Part shown: in pieces, positions 13,139 through 25,603 of the stretch | Layout of the letters: each line of letters starts with the position of its first letter | How positions within the stretch are numbered: position 1 is the stretch's first letter | NCBI RefSeq assembly: GCF_001194135.2 | Contig: NC_068988.1 | Location: forward strand, 40,278,165-40,317,438 | Direction: 5' to 3' | Source: Octopus bimaculoides | Taxonomy: Eukaryota | Length of the DNA stretch: 39,274 nucleotides | Position numbers and translations under genes: made by a program | Notes under the pieces: model-generated | What the model was told of the DNA's origin: nothing | What the model saw: the letters and a program-made list of their open reading frames with translations, nothing else | The model's database searches: none

Positions 13139-13648
13139 AAGCCGAGAGAAAAATGTAACTCTTCACCTATGGGAGGCAGGAATCTGTTACAATTATTTGG
13201 TCAGTAAGTCACCAAAGGATAGATATTCCGGGATATGTGAGGACAAGTTATATCCCGTCAACCAGTTTTTGTAGGCCAAAGGAGAGGGAACAGAGAAGCT
13301 TTTCCTTTGGGCTGCTATTAGAGCATAAGGATCCTGCCGAGTCTTATTGGAGAACGGGAAATCTCATACTTGCAGCAGGTATCGTTGGCAATGGATATGA
13401 CACTCCGATTCTGCAACAAGCATGTGATTCCCTGTTCTCCGACTAGACGTGAAAGGGTTCTTACAACCTAATAACAGCCGAAGGAAAAAATCCTCTGTTA
13501 CCCCTCTTTTGATCCAGAAGAGCTGATCTAAGCGAAATAACCCGTCCTCATTGATGCTGGACTATTTATTCTTTGGTGACTTCATGATCAAACGACCATA
13601 ACAGATTCCTGCTTCCCAGAGGTGAAGAATTACGTTTGTCTTCGGCTT

Positions 13649-13712
13649 TAGAGTCTGACGAAGCGTTCACAGGTCTAAGCCCTTTGTGGATGCGAAACGA
13701 TTGGTCACTTTA
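13649..13712 (+). ncRNA. Type I hammerhead ribozyme with intact core
   Basis: Stem I UAGAGU(13649-54)/ACUUUA(13707-12); CUGACGA(13655-61) plus extra A; 11-bp stem II GCGUUCACAGG/UUUGUGGAUGC with wobbles; GAAA(13694-97); minimal stem III; GUC cleavage triplet 13704-06. Confidence 0.8.
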
Positions 13713-13863
13713 TGATATTGAATTAATTACTTATAAATATAATACTGGTCTATTCTTTAGAGTGTGCTACATTGACGATATACATACATATATGTGTGTA
13801 TGTGTGCATATACATATACATTTTACATTATATATATATATATATATTATTTCAATATTCTAG

Positions 13864-13947
13864 TACTGCTTACCGAGGAGAACACTAACGATACAATTTC
13901 TTCTGTGAAAAAGATCAAGAAATTTTTCAAGACGTGTATAGATCCAG
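13864..13947 (+). CDS. M13 peptidase exon (VLLTEENTNDTISSVKKIKKFFKTCIDP)
   Basis: TATTCTAG acceptor, GTAAGT donor; matches the M13 K-A-K-x-F/Y-x-S-C-M-D segment; 84 nt, phase 1/1. Confidence 0.88.
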
Positions 13948-14556
13948 GTAAGTTTGAATTCTTGCAATACTCAAGTGAAGTGTAAATATATTTAATGACG
14001 AAAATGTTAATATATAAAACAAAAAAAAACAAAAAAAAAGAAATGATATTAGCTATTAAATTGCTCTAGTTATTTAGTTATTTAAGTAATTAAGTGAGAC
14101 AACGCTAAAATCTTTGTTCTGACTGTAAATTCATTAGCCAAACATAGGAGTCTTCTGTTTGCCAAAATAGTGTGCATACAAATAAATGTGCATACATGAA
14201 CACTCAGCAATAGAGAATGGGGAATAAATTATACAGGAATTATGAATAACAAAAATTAAATCGGTATTAATGAGTTAGGCTGTAGCGTATAGTTAATGGA
14301 ATACAATTATTAGGTGAGAAAGAAAGTAAAATATAATCTCATCGCAAAACTTTGTTTAACCTATTCCCAAAATTACAAAAGACGTCTTCAATACATTATT
14401 ACGGAAGGACCAGGTAGCTTAAGATGATGGACGGCAATGATCTCTATGACTTAGATATTGTTTTAGTATCTAACAGGTGTTTAAGTTAAACGCCGTAATC
14501 CACTTGAAACTATTTTTGCACACACACACACACACACACACACACANNNNNNNNNN

Positions 14557-14599
<43 letters not shown>

Positions 14600-15388
14600 T
14601 GAAAAACAGACAGAAAGGGTGTTCTTGAAGACGAAAATTTGAACTTACGGAGAAAATATGAACATGTCGCTTGGGGAAACACTAGATCACATAATACAGG
14701 TAAACGATTGCATAATCAGGTACTTGCACGCCTGGATTGAAAATAAATATCCAACCCTACTCCTTCTTGTTGACTCCAATTTTTTTCATTTATCCATTCA
14801 TATGCGCTAGGATGACACGCAAATTCGTGAAGCGTTCCATATTTTTCACACGGCAGTGCATCAGCATGGCCGCAGCTCTAAGCTGAAACTATANNNNNNN
14901 NNNNNNNNNNNNNNNNNNNNNNNNNNNNNNNNNNNNNNNNNNNNNNNNNNNNNNNNNNNNNNNNNNNNNNNNNNNNNNNNNNNNNNNNNNNNNNNNNNNN
15001 NNNNNNNNNNNNNNNNNNNNNNNNNNNNNNNNNNNNNNNNNNNNNNNNNNNNNNNNNNNNNNNNNNNNNNNNNNNNNNNNNNNNNNNNNNNNNNNNNNNN
15101 NNNNNNNNNNNNNNNNNNNNNNNNNNNNNNNNNNNNNNNNNNNNNNNNNNNNNNNNNNNNNNNNNNNNNNNNNNNNNNNNNNNNNNNNNNNNNNNNNNNN
15201 NNNNNNNNNNNNNNNNNNNNNNNNNNNNNNNNNNNNNNNNNNNNNNNNNNNNNNNNNNNNNNNNNNNNNNNNNNNNNNNNNNNNNNNNNNNNNNNNNNNN
15301 NNNNNNNNNNNNNNNNNNNNNNNNNNNNNNNNNNNNNNNNNNNNNNGTACATACATGTACATATATATGCATATACTCATATATTATT

Positions 15389-15444
<56 letters not shown>

Positions 15445-16019
15445 CGCCCACGCGCGTGTGAGAGAGAGTTAACATTCTTAATGTAGTCAGATAAACTTAA
15501 TTTTTATTCAGGTAGACTTCCATTTATAATGAGAACAATAGAACTCGGGTTAATGTCAATATATGTCCAGAGGCAAGGGGGGAGAACTCTAATTAAAAAT
15601 GAAATTAGGAGTGAGTTTGATGTGTAGCAGTTATGGTGACGACTGTGGATACTCTCTATGTTAAGCATCGTTAGCGACGTTTAGTATAGCACATAAATAC
15701 ATTATCTTTTGAAGATATAAGCGTGTGTGTGTGTGTGTGTTGAAATAATTCACCTATTAAAGCATCTAAAAGAATGGCGTGAGTAAAAGTCTCAAATATT
15801 TTCTTCACCTTTTCCACTTATTTTTACCAGCGTGCTAACATGATTAGCATTATGAGTTCAAGATATGAGCAATGAGAAAAAATTAAAAAAAAGAAAAAAA
15901 GAAAAAAAATCATCGCATGCAGGAGATACCTTCTAGTGGTGACAGGGGAAATAACTCAGTAATTCAATTTGGTAAAATTTCAATAGAGATAGCTGTGGCT
16001 GAGGGAATCTGTTACTTGA

Positions 16020-16640
16020 AAGTTAAGGTGAAATAATTCGCAGACAGTTTTTGATAATGCTGTAGAAAAATCGATAAGCTCCAACCAATCTTGCTGTCTG
16101 CAGATGCAATAATTTTTCATTTACTCCAGTGCTTTCAATCCAGTTTGTGCGCTTGATACTTGTAGTACTCAAGTTTCCAACAACAGATAAAACGTTCGCT
16201 ATCGTCAATGACCACTGTCTTTATTTCCCCTTCATATCATTACATTTGACCTGATTCTTCTCTTTTTCCGATACTTTGTCGTCATCATGACGCGCAGTAT
16301 TTATGATTAAAGAAGTTTTTTCTTTTACCTCTTTATTCACAATTCCCAATCATTATACCATGCTTTGATGTTCAGTTTCATGATCATATTGGATCATTAT
16401 ATCCCATAGTATATTTAAATTGCCATTCTCCATCAATCCTTCTGGAAGTTTACCGATACCACGTGCCTGTTCTATCCAATGTATATTATCCACATCTACC
16501 TAATGTATCCTTCATGTGATGCGATCATGTTTCCTTTTGTATTCTCTTTGTATAAGCTTCACGCACTCATTATAGTCTCACTTTCATCATCGCACTTGTC
16601 ATTTTCAGCAGTATTGCCAATCATGCATTTGGTGTAATTT
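16020..16640 (-). mobile_element. R4/Dong-like (restriction-like endonuclease) non-LTR retrotransposon, C-terminal fragment
   Basis: Minus translation VVGNLSTTSIKRTNWIESTGVNEKLLHLQTARLVG resembles the 'PIVIGALG.V......LQK.ALLGTA.IL' end of REL-type ORFs; heavily decayed. Confidence 0.55.
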
Positions 16641-18024
16641 GTCCAAAGAAGTCTTCCTGTGCAGCACAAATGTCTGTGGCTTCAGGTCACTATTCCATCA
16701 GCCCCTATGTTTCTGCTCACCTCTCTTGTACAATGAACCCATGGCACATGGAATATTTCTGCCAGCTCTTTATGTAAAAGCTCAAATTTCCTTCAGTTCG
16801 ACTTTGCATTCTGGGATCGATAAAAAGCGAAATAGGGGAAGTGTTTTTCATTTTTTTTTTGTTTGTTGTTGCAACAACGTACTGACACCACCGCGCACAG
16901 AAGATCGTCTCTTCTCTTGTCTTCTGTATGGACTGAAACTTGAACTAATGCTGGTAAGTCAGGACTCGAGCTACTTTCCTTTACCATAGTGTTCAAACAT
17001 CACACACAGAGAGATAATTGGCATTGCTCCAAGGGCATTTTGAATTGATGTTAGAACCAAAAGTCAACCAAAAGATAGTCACAGGGTCTGCAGATCGGCA
17101 CAGGGTGAGGCAGGTTTAAACCATCCAATTGCGTCGTTGAACTTTGAAGTCACAACCCAGTTAAATTGCTCGGCACCTGCTGTCGTCCAGATCTCCGCGC
17201 CGGAAAACTTTGGACTGGGGCACAAGGATAATGTCCAGAAATCCCAAAAGGTATTGCCGGTTCATGATAAATTTTACATGCATGGAAATACCGCGGACGT
17301 GCCCTATCCAAGAAGCACGCTGAGTAACCGAACTATACTGCACGCATTTATCCAGTGCCATAGAATTGGTGACTTTTGGTATTATGTTGAACATAGTCGA
17401 TGCTTGTAGGACAGATCTAAATGTCAGTTAAGTCCCCATTATGAAAATTGCCCAGTTGCTTTCCTTTGGCTGGAAAGTGCACGTAGCATTTATCGGCTTT
17501 GTGGTTTTAGCGTACGAAGTTATTGGGCAGAATAATTGAAAGGGATGAAGAAAGACGCAATACTTGTGCAAGTTCCTTTTCTACTTTTTCACTTGGAAAA
17601 AAAGAGCTGGTTGTGAGGGAAATTGCTACCTCCCAGCAAATTTGTCGAAAAGCGTCTGAGAATGTCAAGCATGATTCGAGAGAATGCGTGTGCTCTGTGC
17701 ATGCGCCTGTAGACTAAGGTACGAAAATAGGAAGAGTGTACTTAGCCTAGTGTTCAACGTGATAGTGTTTTTGTGGTTAATGGATTACCTCAAGAAATCT
17801 GCAGAGCTTCCATCCCAACACTTATAACGAATTTTCATTCTTTACAATTTTATCGTTCTATCTTTTGCGTTTTAAATCTCTTTATTCGTCCCAAAGCCCT
17901 GTTTTGTGTTTTGTATCAATGTCTTTTGTAATTTTTATGTAGACTCTTGTGGCCAATAAAGAGACGGATATCAGCATTGTCTTCAACGCCATAATGACCA
18001 TGATGATCATGATCATGATCATAA

Positions 18025-18029
<5 letters not shown>

Positions 18030-18080
<51 letters not shown>

Positions 18081-18375
18081 GTTCAGTAGTTTTACTTTTA
18101 TAACGTGCTTTCACTTCACTACCGAGCGCAGCTCTGTGTACCTTGGGTATGTGCTCTGGTTTGCTGTGATGCTCTTATGGTTACTGTATTGAAAGTGTTT
18201 TGCGTAGGATGTGTGCAGTGCCCAGTAGTGCAATTTTCCGTACGTTATATATATTTGTAAGTCCTGGTGTTTTTGTTATGTATTTGTCTGAATTTTTTTT
18301 TTATTATACTTAAGGCACCTACTATGATAGGAATTGTTTCTGTTTTTAGACTCCACATTCGAGTTACCTCTATTT
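18030..18375 (-). mobile_element. R4/Dong-like element 3' end with (TAA)n tail
   Basis: Minus translation SLKTETIPIIVGAL..IKKNSDKYITKTPGLTNIYNVRKIALLGTAHILRKTLSIQ*, then ~100 nt UTR and (TAA)n at ~18030-18080. Confidence 0.8.
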
Positions 18376-19144
18376 ATAGTCAAAAAGAAAAGGAAACAAG
18401 TTGTAGATAGTAAAGTTTTAAGATTAACTAAATATATTCTTTTATATGACCGCACAGAGAGAAATGGTAAGTTTTCTTAGAATAAAAAAGAGGATGATGT
18501 TTACATTTTCGAATACTCAGGGAGAAAAGGAAGGATAAGTATTCACACAGTAGTCGTAGATATTAAAGGTTTTTTGGTTTTTTTTTAAAGCTGATCGTTT
18601 GTGTGTTCGAAAGTTGTAAGTATGTAAGTTTTCTAACTTATATTCACAGGAAATTGTAGATATTCCTGTCTTTGAGAATAGTAGGAGGAAGAAATGTTTA
18701 CCTCGTTGGATTTTTGAATTTCTGAATTTCTTTTTCTTTTTCTTTTGGAATTTTTCTTTTCTTCTTAAAAGTTTTGCTATGGCTTACAGTTTTTGTAGTT
18801 GTGCAGTAAGTATATATTCGAAGGAACTTACTTCCTTAATTTTTTATCGTACATTTAATTGTGTTGTTACAATAAAAGGTATGTTTACATATTCTGTTAG
18901 TCAGGGTTGAAGGGAAGACAAAATGTTCTCACAAAATTGGCGATATTAAAGTTTCTAGATTTTTTTGCGGTGTTCGTTTGTATGTCCAAAGCTGTAGATA
19001 TGTAAGTTTCTTAACTTATTTTGGGGGAAATTCAAAATACTCACAGAAAACTGTAGATATTCCAGTCTTTTAGAGTTATTTTTTCAGTAGTCCTACTGGG
19101 TCGTATTAGTGTTTCTGTGTCTTCAGCTGCTGACAGGTCAGAGC

Positions 19145-19170
19145 ATTTATTGTTATTATTATTATCATCA

Positions 19171-19213
<43 letters not shown>
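19145..19213. repeat. (TTA)n/(TCA)n microsatellite
   Basis: Direct reading. Confidence 0.95.
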
Positions 19214-19214
<1 letters not shown>

Positions 19215-19215
<1 letters not shown>

Positions 19216-19870
19216 GAAAACACAGCTTATTTTGTTGGCTATGATGGAAGGTGTCAGCTGTCTACAGCCAGCAGACAAAGGTGACACTTATTTACCGGTC
19301 ATATTTCAAGAACCCTGCGAATAATGTTTGCAGTTCCAAGCAATGCTGATTTTTGTAGATGTTCTGCCTTCACACTTGCACCGAACTTTTTCAGCCATGC
19401 TGGTAGTTTAGTACTGATTCTTCCAAGTGTACCAATTACTATTGGTATCACGTCAACTCTCTTCATTGACCATAAATTTCGTATTTCACGTATAAATCGT
19501 CATAGCTGTTTATTTTTTCTTCGTTCACATTGATCCTGTTGTGATCGGGGCATGCAATGTATATTATCATACATGTTCCTTCTTTTTATTCACCAACACA
19601 ATGTCCGGTTTCCTATGTCTGGCCAGCTGATTACACTGGATCATTACATCCCACATAATTTTGCAGTTCTCATTTTCGCTGACCCCTTCTGGAGTTTGCT
19701 CATATCACATCTTTGCTCTTTGAAGGCCGTGATTTCCACAGAGCTCCCAATGGATCATTCTTGCCACATCGTCATGGCGTTGTTTGTATTCGCATTGTGC
19801 TAAATTCGGGCATTTGCTAACGATGTGCCATGCCGTTTCACCCTTCTCACCGCACATTCTGCATTTATCG
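19215..19870 (-). mobile_element. R4/Dong-like element, 5'-truncated (CCHC finger + REL endonuclease + 3' UTR)
   Basis: CRMCGEKGETAWHIVSKCPNLAQCEYKQRHDDVARMIHWELC, then across frameshifts KPDIV, VDVIPIVIGALGS and LQKSALLGTANIIRRVLE; flanked by TAA-type repeats on both sides. Confidence 0.88.
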
Positions 19871-20078
19871 TTACTATTATTATTATTATTGTTGTTGTTG
19901 TTGTTGTTGTTATACATATTTTTCTTATTGAATTGAGAAAGTCTCCATAGTACTTTCTATTGCTTGTTAACAGCGACTGTGATGATTGATATGTTACTGA
20001 TAGTTTGTAGAAACCAAATGTAAGAATTTAATTCGATTCTTAGTGTTTTAGTGTAAAACTTTTCTATTATTCTGGCAG

Positions 20079-20281
20079 ATATGAGTGAGAACAAAACTGT
20101 AGAACAAGCCATGTGGAGAGCCATAGAATTCGGTGGAATACCTATCGTTACTGGTAACATGGACGAAAACGTTACTAGAATAGAGTTAATTACTAATTTT
20201 GCAAAGTATTTCGCTTCGGTTTCATTTCTTACATTGGACCCCAATAGAAATTTTCATACTGGCGACGGAAATATGCTTTAC
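20079..20281 (+). CDS. M13 peptidase exon (DMSENKTVEQAMWRAIEFGGIPIVTGN...GNMLY)
   Basis: TTATTCTGGCAG acceptor, GTAAGT donor; GGIP corresponds to the M13 GGWP motif; 203 nt, phase 1/0. Confidence 0.85.
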
Positions 20282-21333
20282 GTAAGTATTTCCCCTATTA
20301 TAACTTTTAGGTGTGGAACAACAGTATATATAAATTTTGTTGCGACATTGATTTGACTTTTGCGGTTTTACATAATTATGACAATTATCTGCTACACTAG
20401 TGTACGAAAATTGTTACCAAACCTTTTCTGACAATTACCTGTAAACTGAATACAGTCTTGAATACCTACGTATTCGGTGTACCATATTAGTGGTGGTAAA
20501 AGGGATGCCAAAGTTATTTGAATACGAGGTGTCGTGCAATATCGCATTGAGATCAGTTACCCGTAGTTCAGTAAGCCCAATATTTTCAACATTTACTGAA
20601 AATAGACTAATCATCTTTCTTCTCTCTTTGCTTTCAAGTCTCTTTCGTTTTGAGATACGATAGCTTTTAACCACATATCTTCAGTTCAATCGGTTTCACT
20701 AAATTAGCTTTTCAAAATATCTATTGAGTCTCTTGATATAATACTCACTGCAAATATTTTGCAACTCACCTATCACTGATATTTTCTTGAGTCTGGTGAT
20801 GAGGAAAATTTGAGCAAACAGGAGAGGCTTGAGCCAACGAGACAGACTCAGCTGAGAAGATGATTGAAGCAAGAAGAAAGTCATATATAAAAAAAAAATC
20901 TGTGTGACTACCCTGCCAGCTATAAATAGCAGCTAACTCACTTTTGAAGCAGACCCAGCTACTTTATATACAAGAAGAAAACATTAGCTAGTGTAACCTT
21001 ACAAACACTATCACTAATAAGATGCTCATGCCATATGTCTCTTCCATTATGATGGACTTTGAGAAGAAAAAATGCAGTCCTGTGTATACAAGGACTGTAT
21101 CGAACATCATATAAATGTTATATTCTTTATTGATTAGTACAGGTGGCTCATTATGTACATAGCGGTGAGATAACAAATGTACTACTAACCAAAGATATAG
21201 TCAATGCCCTTGCTATTTTGTAAAAATGCATAAAATCAATCGAGGTATACCAGCAATCCTTACTTACATCTACCTAAACACTATGACTCTATTTGTCTAT
21301 TTTCATTAAATTGATTATCATTTTTTGTTGCAG

Positions 21334-21462
21334 TTGAGTTTAGTACAGACTTATGACACAGAAACTGTTCTTAAGTACATTGAGAGTATTGCGAATCAAA
21401 CGAACCAAACTGATAGTTATAACCTAACTGAGATCACAAGTTTTATGGAGACTTACAAAGAG
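21334..21462 (+). CDS. M13 peptidase exon (LSLVQTYDTETVLKYIESIANQTNQTDSYNLTEITSFMETYKE)
   Basis: TTTTTTGTTGCAG acceptor, GTAAAA donor; 129 nt phase 0/0; open frame; helical pattern resembling the M13 'Y..YM..VA..L...EVLEFE' segment, though diverged. Confidence 0.7.
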
Positions 21463-24400
21463 GTAAAACTGTTTTTATCCATTATGTATGCACGGGGGAA
21501 AAAGAAACAATAACAAAATCAATGACTACATCATTTATTAACAATACACATAAACGCACTCATACACACAACAAACAAACGCACATAAACACAACATGCG
21601 CACGTGCACATAAACGCAACACATACATATGTCACTGTGATTTGACTTAATCTATTTCGGATAGGGTAGTTACAAGTGGTTGAAATGTGATACTATGTAA
21701 ATGTGATACCTTGTAAATGTGAAGCAAAGTAAGGAAGCAGACAAACGCTTGTTTAAATTCCGATGTTTCGCAGTTAAGAGCATTTATTAACAGAAAATTG
21801 AAAACGTTTTCGATCTCGTCAGATATGAGGGGTGGGATCCGATATATATAGATGGCTATTGTTTTAATAACCAAATCTGCAACGTTCAGGTCTCAGCAAC
21901 TGTTATCGGGCGTTCAATTTAATAAAGACAATGACTGTTTTTTGCTCACTCAAATTATCAATGCCCTGGTCGCTTGTTCTGATATTTCGTTGCCTTGACT
22001 CTGGCTGGAAGAGATAATCTATAGTGTACAAATAAGTCCCTGCTGGCTGCTTTTCAACTGATATCGACCTGTTACACGATCATATATGCAATAGTCAGCA
22101 GATGTAAGAGACTTAGTCACGTCGGTGGTTCTCATATTAATTTGTATATTGAAGCAAGGTTTAATATCACCACAAGCCAATCACATGTTTTCGATAAGGT
22201 CGACGGTTGCAACCTAAAGTGTCTGTGAATTTACACTGTTTGCATCTCGGTTTCAGATACTCAAACTTTTCCACGCATTGTGACAGTTGGACGGTTGCCA
22301 AATATTAGACAATCTTTTACGTTTTGCCTCTTGAGCTACTGTTGCAGAGGTCGAGGTCATCCCTATCGATGTGGCACGTGGTACTGCTTTCTGATAATAT
22401 TGCCTTAATGATGCTAGAAAAATGGAAGTGGAGATGGCCGTTGTCATAATGTTAAAATGGGGAGCGATGGCAGAAATACTCATTAACCAGTACAAAACTG
22501 TGCTTTCAGCTCAACAACTATATATGCCTTTAACCAGTACCAGCGTCGCCTGTTTTTCAGCAGTTGACTCAATTAAGTTGAGGGGACATTGTGTGGGTTT
22601 AAGAACAGGGGTGATCGATTTCAGTCAGAACAATATTTAAAAAAGTATATTTGATGAGAAGCAGATCAGAACAAACAAATGCTTTATAAACTTTTCAGGA
22701 ATAGCTTTTCTAATTGCAATCCGTAGTATTCATTTGACCAAAATAGCGCATGCTCTCTTCGAATTTTGTTTTAGAAAGATGTGTTCCATTGAACATACAG
22801 CCCATTTAGCAGAGATGTTTGGTATGCGCTGTGACTTCATACCGTAATTATTTTCGGTTTCGAGAAATATTTTACGCGTAAGGAAATGTCGGCTACCGGA
22901 TCTGTCCAAAATATACTCAGACGGAAGAAAACATTCAGTATTTACTCTTTAACTAAACAAACGATATTGATTTGACGAATATGTACTGTCACGCATGAGA
23001 TCAGTGAAGTTAGCATCACTGCCTTCTTTTTGCTAGGAAGAGCAGCCAATTATATTTCTCTGCCTGATGGCTATGGTGAAAGAATTACTATCGTGGATAA
23101 GAATGACAGGACTAAGAATAACAGACGCTTGTCTCTTTATCCAAGCTCTCTCAAACTTCCTTAATTACTCCGTAGAGGGCAAGATGATAATGATAAACTT
23201 GCTGAAAGATGGCTAAGGTGGATCCTATTGTAAATTGCTAAAGAATGAATGACAGAAGAGTCGCATGTATGGCCCAGCTTAATGTCAGCATGTGCCCGTA
23301 GGCCAAAGTTATCAGGCTGGAGAAAGAATTGCTCTTGATCTCAGGAAATTCTGGATCTTTTCGATTCCACGAAATGCTTCCAGTGATTCTACTTTGATTA
23401 AGTTTTCACACCATTTCAGATTAGAGAGCTGTTTTTGTATGGCTGTCGTTATATCTCTCTTTATAATGCTCTGTATGTGCAGCTACCAGTAGCAGCGGCA
23501 GTAGCAGCAGCAGTAATAGTGTTTTTAGTCTATGATAGCCGGATCCAGCGGGTCTGTGATTCAAATAAGTACCAGCTTTGATTATCCATGATTTTCTTTT
23601 CCTTTTATTTTTCTGTAATCAGATAAATTTTGTTTGACTGTATTACTGAATTCTGTTCTACCCACGCTTAAGATGATAGAGTGCGTTTAACGGGAAGGTT
23701 TTTTTTTTTAAAGACGCTGGGTAGTTGAATGCCTAATGATGAACAAAATGCTTTCCGGTATTAAGTAATATTGGTCGCAAGTTCACATTTTTCTAAAATG
23801 TCGGTCATTCATCACCAAAAAGCAAAAATATAAATAAATAAAACAACGTTCAAGTAAAATGGTGTACTAAAACTATACATTGATATGATAGTCAGAATCA
23901 CAATTTAAAATGCTTTTATGATTTCTCAGAGTATTCAGTTTCATGTATTTTTTAGATTTTCGTTTCTGTTATTTTTACTATTGGTTTGTCTTTTCATGTT
24001 ACTATTTGTTTTATCCGATGAATGTTTCCGTGCAACTAAATTACTTTCTAACATAGAATTCTCTGACTCATATTCCATAGTAAAAGGAGATCATATAGTC
24101 AGTGTCGACAACCGACTACCTTTTTGAGCTATGTGTAATAAATTTAATTGTGTAGAATAGAATGTCTAATGCATAGGGATATCGGTCTTTAACAGAAGGC
24201 AAATTTTTTGAAGACATAATTCTGTTAGCGTGACTGAAGGAAAAGAAGTGGATGTAAACAGTAATTGTAAGTAGAAAGAGTGCTTTAATCTTAAATATAA
24301 TGTAAGTGGTTCATTGAAGAGGTCAGTGCTAGGAAAGAAAATAACGAACATGCAGGTTGGCTATGTGATGGATCCAGCAAACTGGAAAGTGAAGTAACAC

Positions 24401-25534
24401 ACAGAATCGTAGTGATGGAATTAAAGACTCACGTACACACAGAAGCAATGAACTATACTGGTGAAGCTACAAAGAATGCTGCGGAGACGAACTGAAAATT
24501 AGGAGATTGCTAATGAGCCGGGAAGAGTGGTTGCATTTGCTGGCTTTAGGATAAGAGTAACTTGACAGTCATACCGGAGCTGGAAAAGAGATTTCCAGAT
24601 TGAGAAGGAATTATTCTTCCTTTATCTTTGAGGGCTCTCGTATTTTTCAGCATAGCTTTGGAGTGCCAGCGTAGACGGAAGCTTATATAGAAGAGTAGTC
24701 AAGAGAAACGAAGTGATCGGTTATTACACAATATTACACATATTCCTAGAGGAAGTTTATTCCACCAGACAGAAAGCCGAAGATAGAATTTGCAGAGCCC
24801 TATATAAAAAAATTCCCTGTATTTGGTGACGTGATTTTTCACTCTTTATTGAATTTCTCCAGAGGTCTTCAAAATATCCAGAGTTTATGAAAATAAATGT
24901 CAGTTATATTCCATACTAATTCGAACAAATCTATGCATTATCAAAAATTGTGCAGCCTTACAATTCAACAAAGAGTCTTTACGTTCGCTCTATTATACAT
25001 AAATATCAAATATCGTTTTGCTCACACTTCACTGGCTTCAAAACAGTGCGATATATTGACTAATATATTCCTTGACATGCAGATAAACAGTGACATAGCC
25101 ATTACTAGAATTCCATTTAACATATATATGGTTGACTGAGATTGAAACAGGAGGTAAACAACATAATATTAGGTCACACCACAACAGAGTATAACAACAC
25201 ACTTCTTCGAACTCTGATCGCTTTGTTACTTTTATGTGAAAAGGTAAATCTTATTCAAAATATAGAATCAATAAACAATCAATGTAAGGTGATACAATAC
25301 CTTTTCGTTTTCATTTATTGACATCATGGGTATTTTACCAAACTTACTTGACTCAATTTTGTTTTTTCATTTTCAAATGTATATGTAGACTGCACGTTCC
25401 AATGCGTCAACATATTACAATACTCTTTTGTGCGAGAATATATTGACTAAAAAAAATTCTATGTTATTCCCCAAAACGTCCATTCATTGATTCGTTTTTT
25501 GTTCTATTATATTTTTCATAAATGTGCTTATTAG

Positions 25535-25603
25535 TTGGCCGACTCATCAGCTTCAGTAATAGACGCCAAGGCAATTACGGAGACAAAACCACGAAATCTT
25601 TCG
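25535..25603 (+). CDS. M13 peptidase exon, probable (LADSSASVIDAKAITETKPRNLS)
   Basis: TTATTAG acceptor, GTAATT donor; 69 nt phase 0/0; open, GC-richer island in AT-rich intron at the expected position between flanking exons. Weak sequence similarity. Confidence 0.5.

Larger units (their letters stand above)
13076..13712. mobile_element. Foldback (long inverted-repeat) element with terminal hammerhead motifs, probably Penelope/retrozyme-related
   Basis: 13076-13378 aligns by eye with the reverse complement of 13411-13712 along its whole length (e.g. TCTAAAGCCGA, TCTTCACCT.TGGGA.GCAGGAATCTGTTA, AAGTCACCAAAG, GGCTG.TATTAG, GGAGAAC.GG.AATC.CAT.CTTG); 32-nt spacer. Confidence 0.85.

Noticed and set aside
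15500-15540. Strong acceptor TTTTTATTCAG at ~15511 as an extra peptidase exon
   Set aside because: The required phase gives no M13-like sequence, and exons 13864-13947 and 20079-20281 already join in frame.
16640-17500. GC-richer block with short ORFs on both strands (116, 90, 77 aa)
   Set aside because: Probably a decayed mobile element, but I recognised no diagnostic motif in any frame; needs tBLASTx/Dfam.
21880-23250. Short ORFs (72-80 aa) in a moderately GC-rich intronic block
   Set aside because: No recognisable domain, no compatible splice sites, no terminal repeats found by eye.
23610-23640. Polypyrimidine tract + CAG acceptor at ~23620
   Set aside because: The phase-0 reading hits a stop after four codons (ATA AAT TTT GTT TGA).
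24355-24520. RNase H-like remnant (WLCDGSSK...AAETN)
   Set aside because: Only one short motif with downstream stops; insufficient to call an LTR element.
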